From the NCBI GenBank assembly GCA_030141605.1, contig JAQGDQ010001982.1:1-18723 (forward strand): DNA of 18,723 nucleotides, in the 5' to 3' direction. The position numbers and the translations under genes were made by a program. This document shows, in pieces, positions 16,630-18,723 of the stretch. Position 1 is the first letter of the stretch; every line of letters starts with the position of its first letter. The notes beneath the pieces were generated by a model. That model ran no database searches, was not told where the DNA came from, and was given only the letters and a program-made list of their open reading frames with translations. This DNA is from Tubiluchus corallicola. Taxonomy: Eukaryota > Animalia > Priapulida.

Positions 16630-18723
16630 TAACAGCAGCAGCAACTACTCTATTTTCTTTTTTTTCATTTTTTTCTCTGCTTGATTCTTTTCCTACTTAT
16701 TTATCTTTTACTTTTCTTATGAGATGACCACATCTCAAACTAACTGCATTTGTCCTGTGTTTAATAAAACCGTGAGGTACAAACAGCGTGAATTGTGTTG
16801 TGACTGCTGCAATAGATGGCTTCATCTGAAATGTACTTACTTAACTGTAAATGATTATGAAGCCTTGGCCGCAGAAACTGATGAATGGTTTTGCCACGTT
16901 TGTCTTCAGAAAATTTTCCCATTTAATCATTTAACTGACGATGACGATTTTAATCATGTTATAAGAAATTCGCTACTTGATTCTATAATTTGTAACGATC
17001 AGTATAATTTAGATCTTTTCCAGACAACACAAAATAGTGAGAACGCAAATTTGCCATTAGAGGATATTGATCCTGATATACATTTTTTCAATCAAAAAGA
17101 TTCTTTTCCAAAAAGTAAATACTACGACAATGAGCAATTTTTGTCTATGCTTTCAAACATAAATTTCAACAACAAATTATCAATGATCCATCTGAATATA
17201 AGAAGTTTATCTGCTAATTATGACCACTTAACTGTACTGCTGCAAATGTTACAAACTCAATTCTCACTAATTGCGTTAACTGAAACATGGTTAAATGAAG
17301 ATACAGAAAAAATGTTTAATTTGCCTGGATATACACTGGTGAATAGAAATAGGAGGAATAAAAAGGGAGGTGGTGTAGGGTTGTTCATTAAATCAGACAT
17401 ACCGTTTGTAGTGAGAAACGACTTAACATCAAGCAACTCTGACCTTGAAAGTATTTTTATCGAAATTCACAAAGTAAAAGGCAAAAACATAGTAGTCGGT
17501 GTGATCTACAGACCACCCGGGCAAAACCCACAAACATTTATTGAACAGTTAACTACAAAACTATCAATAATAAATAAACAGAATAAGCAGTTATTTTTGT
17601 TAGGGGACTACAATTTGAACTTATTAAATCACTCTTCGCATCAAGACACGGCAGAGTTTCTTGAGACTATTATTACTAATTATGTCTTTCCAGTTATTAC
17701 TTGTCCTACTCGAATTACAGCACATAGCTCTACATTAATTGATAATATTCTGACAAATGTTATACAGCATCAGTATAGAGCTGGCAATCTCTTAGTAGAT
17801 GTCACCGATCACTTACCAATTTTCTTAATCATTGACTTAAACATAGCAAAATCTCAAACTAGTAATATCGACAAAGTAATATACAATAACCATGTAAAAA
17901 ATAAATTATTAAGTGATATAGAATCAGTCAACTGGGAAGAATTACATAGTATTTCAGATCCTGAAGCAGCTTATAATCTATTTCTGGATAAATTTAACGA
18001 AGTCTACTTTAAAAATATAAAAACTACTGATGCTTCCAAGAAAACTAATGTTATTAAAAATCCTTGGATAACTCCAGCCATATTAACCAGTATCAGGCGC
18101 AAAAATAAAATGTATAATTCATTAATGAAACAAACCTCAGACGCAGCTGGGACTGACTATAAACAATATCGCAATATTATCCTTCTACCTTTTTCTTTAC
18201 ACCAATCACGGAATCTGATATTATAAGTATGTGCAAGTCATTTGATCGAAATAAGTGAGCTGGCAGGGATAATTTGCGCCCCAAAGTTATTATAGATGTA
18301 ATAGAAAGTATCATTACCCCTTTGACACACATAATTAATAATTCACTTAAAACTGGCACTGTTCCTTCTAAATTAAAACAATTAATTATTATCCCTGATT
18401 CTCTGGACGTAAATAATTATAGACCTATCTCGCTGTTACCGTTTTTCTCAAAAATATTGGAAAAAGTTGTTTACAATAAAAATTTATCGTATTTGGATCA
18501 TCAAAATATAATAAACAATAAGCAGTTTGGTTTTCGGAAAAACAGTTCAACCGAATTGGCTTTGATAAACATAGTAGAGAGTATAATTAAATGCATTGAA
18601 CAAAATAAAGTAGCAGTAAGGATATTTTGTGACCTCTCTAAGGTCTTTGACACAGTTAATCATAAAATACTTCTTGCAAAACTACATCATTACGGTCTTA
18701 GAGGGGTAGCAAACGCATGGATA
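16630..18723 (+). mobile_element. CR1/L2-group LINE ORF2 region (PHD finger, APE endonuclease, reverse transcriptase); inactivated; continues past the window edge
   Basis: ORF 16724..18226 has a PHD finger (CPVF...CDCCNRWLHLKC...WFCHVC) and APE motifs HLNIRSL, LTETWL, GGGVGLFI, YRPP, GDYN, IDNI, TDHLP. A second frame from 18181 gives NYRPISLLP..SKILEK, QFGFR, DLSKVFDTVNH. Confidence 0.95.
16724..18723 (+). pseudogene. Disrupted LINE ORF2 (endonuclease-reverse transcriptase)
   Basis: A frameshifting junction at ~18177 lacks the usual linker, an in-frame TGA sits at 18256-18258, and the usual KKG motif is missing between IIIP and DSLDVNNYRPIS (~18396). Confidence 0.88.

Overview
AT-rich animal genomic DNA, not prokaryotic. 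From left to right: (1) a ~4.3-kb tandem satellite of ~42-44-bp dyad-rich monomers with higher-order repeats, which accounts for all ORFs in 1-4300; (2) small minisatellites and the 3' end of an L2-type LINE; (3) a minus-strand spliced gene mostly missed by the ORF track. Its six phase-compatible GT-AG exons (16500-16284, 14655-14533, 12407-12203, 9347-9195, 8159-7972, 6168-6013) encode ~346 aa of a divergent glucoside xylosyltransferase (GXYLT/shams-like, GT8), and its first exon(s) lie beyond the window. The introns hold a probable LTR, a solo LTR with heat-shock elements, simple repeats, a 27/81-bp minisatellite and a dead PHD-APE-RT LINE. The most unusual feature is in the 9348-12202 intron: four tandem pseudoknot modules with compensatory stem changes and HDV-ribozyme-like strand order, interleaved with two fragments of 18S rRNA, all on the host gene's sense strand.
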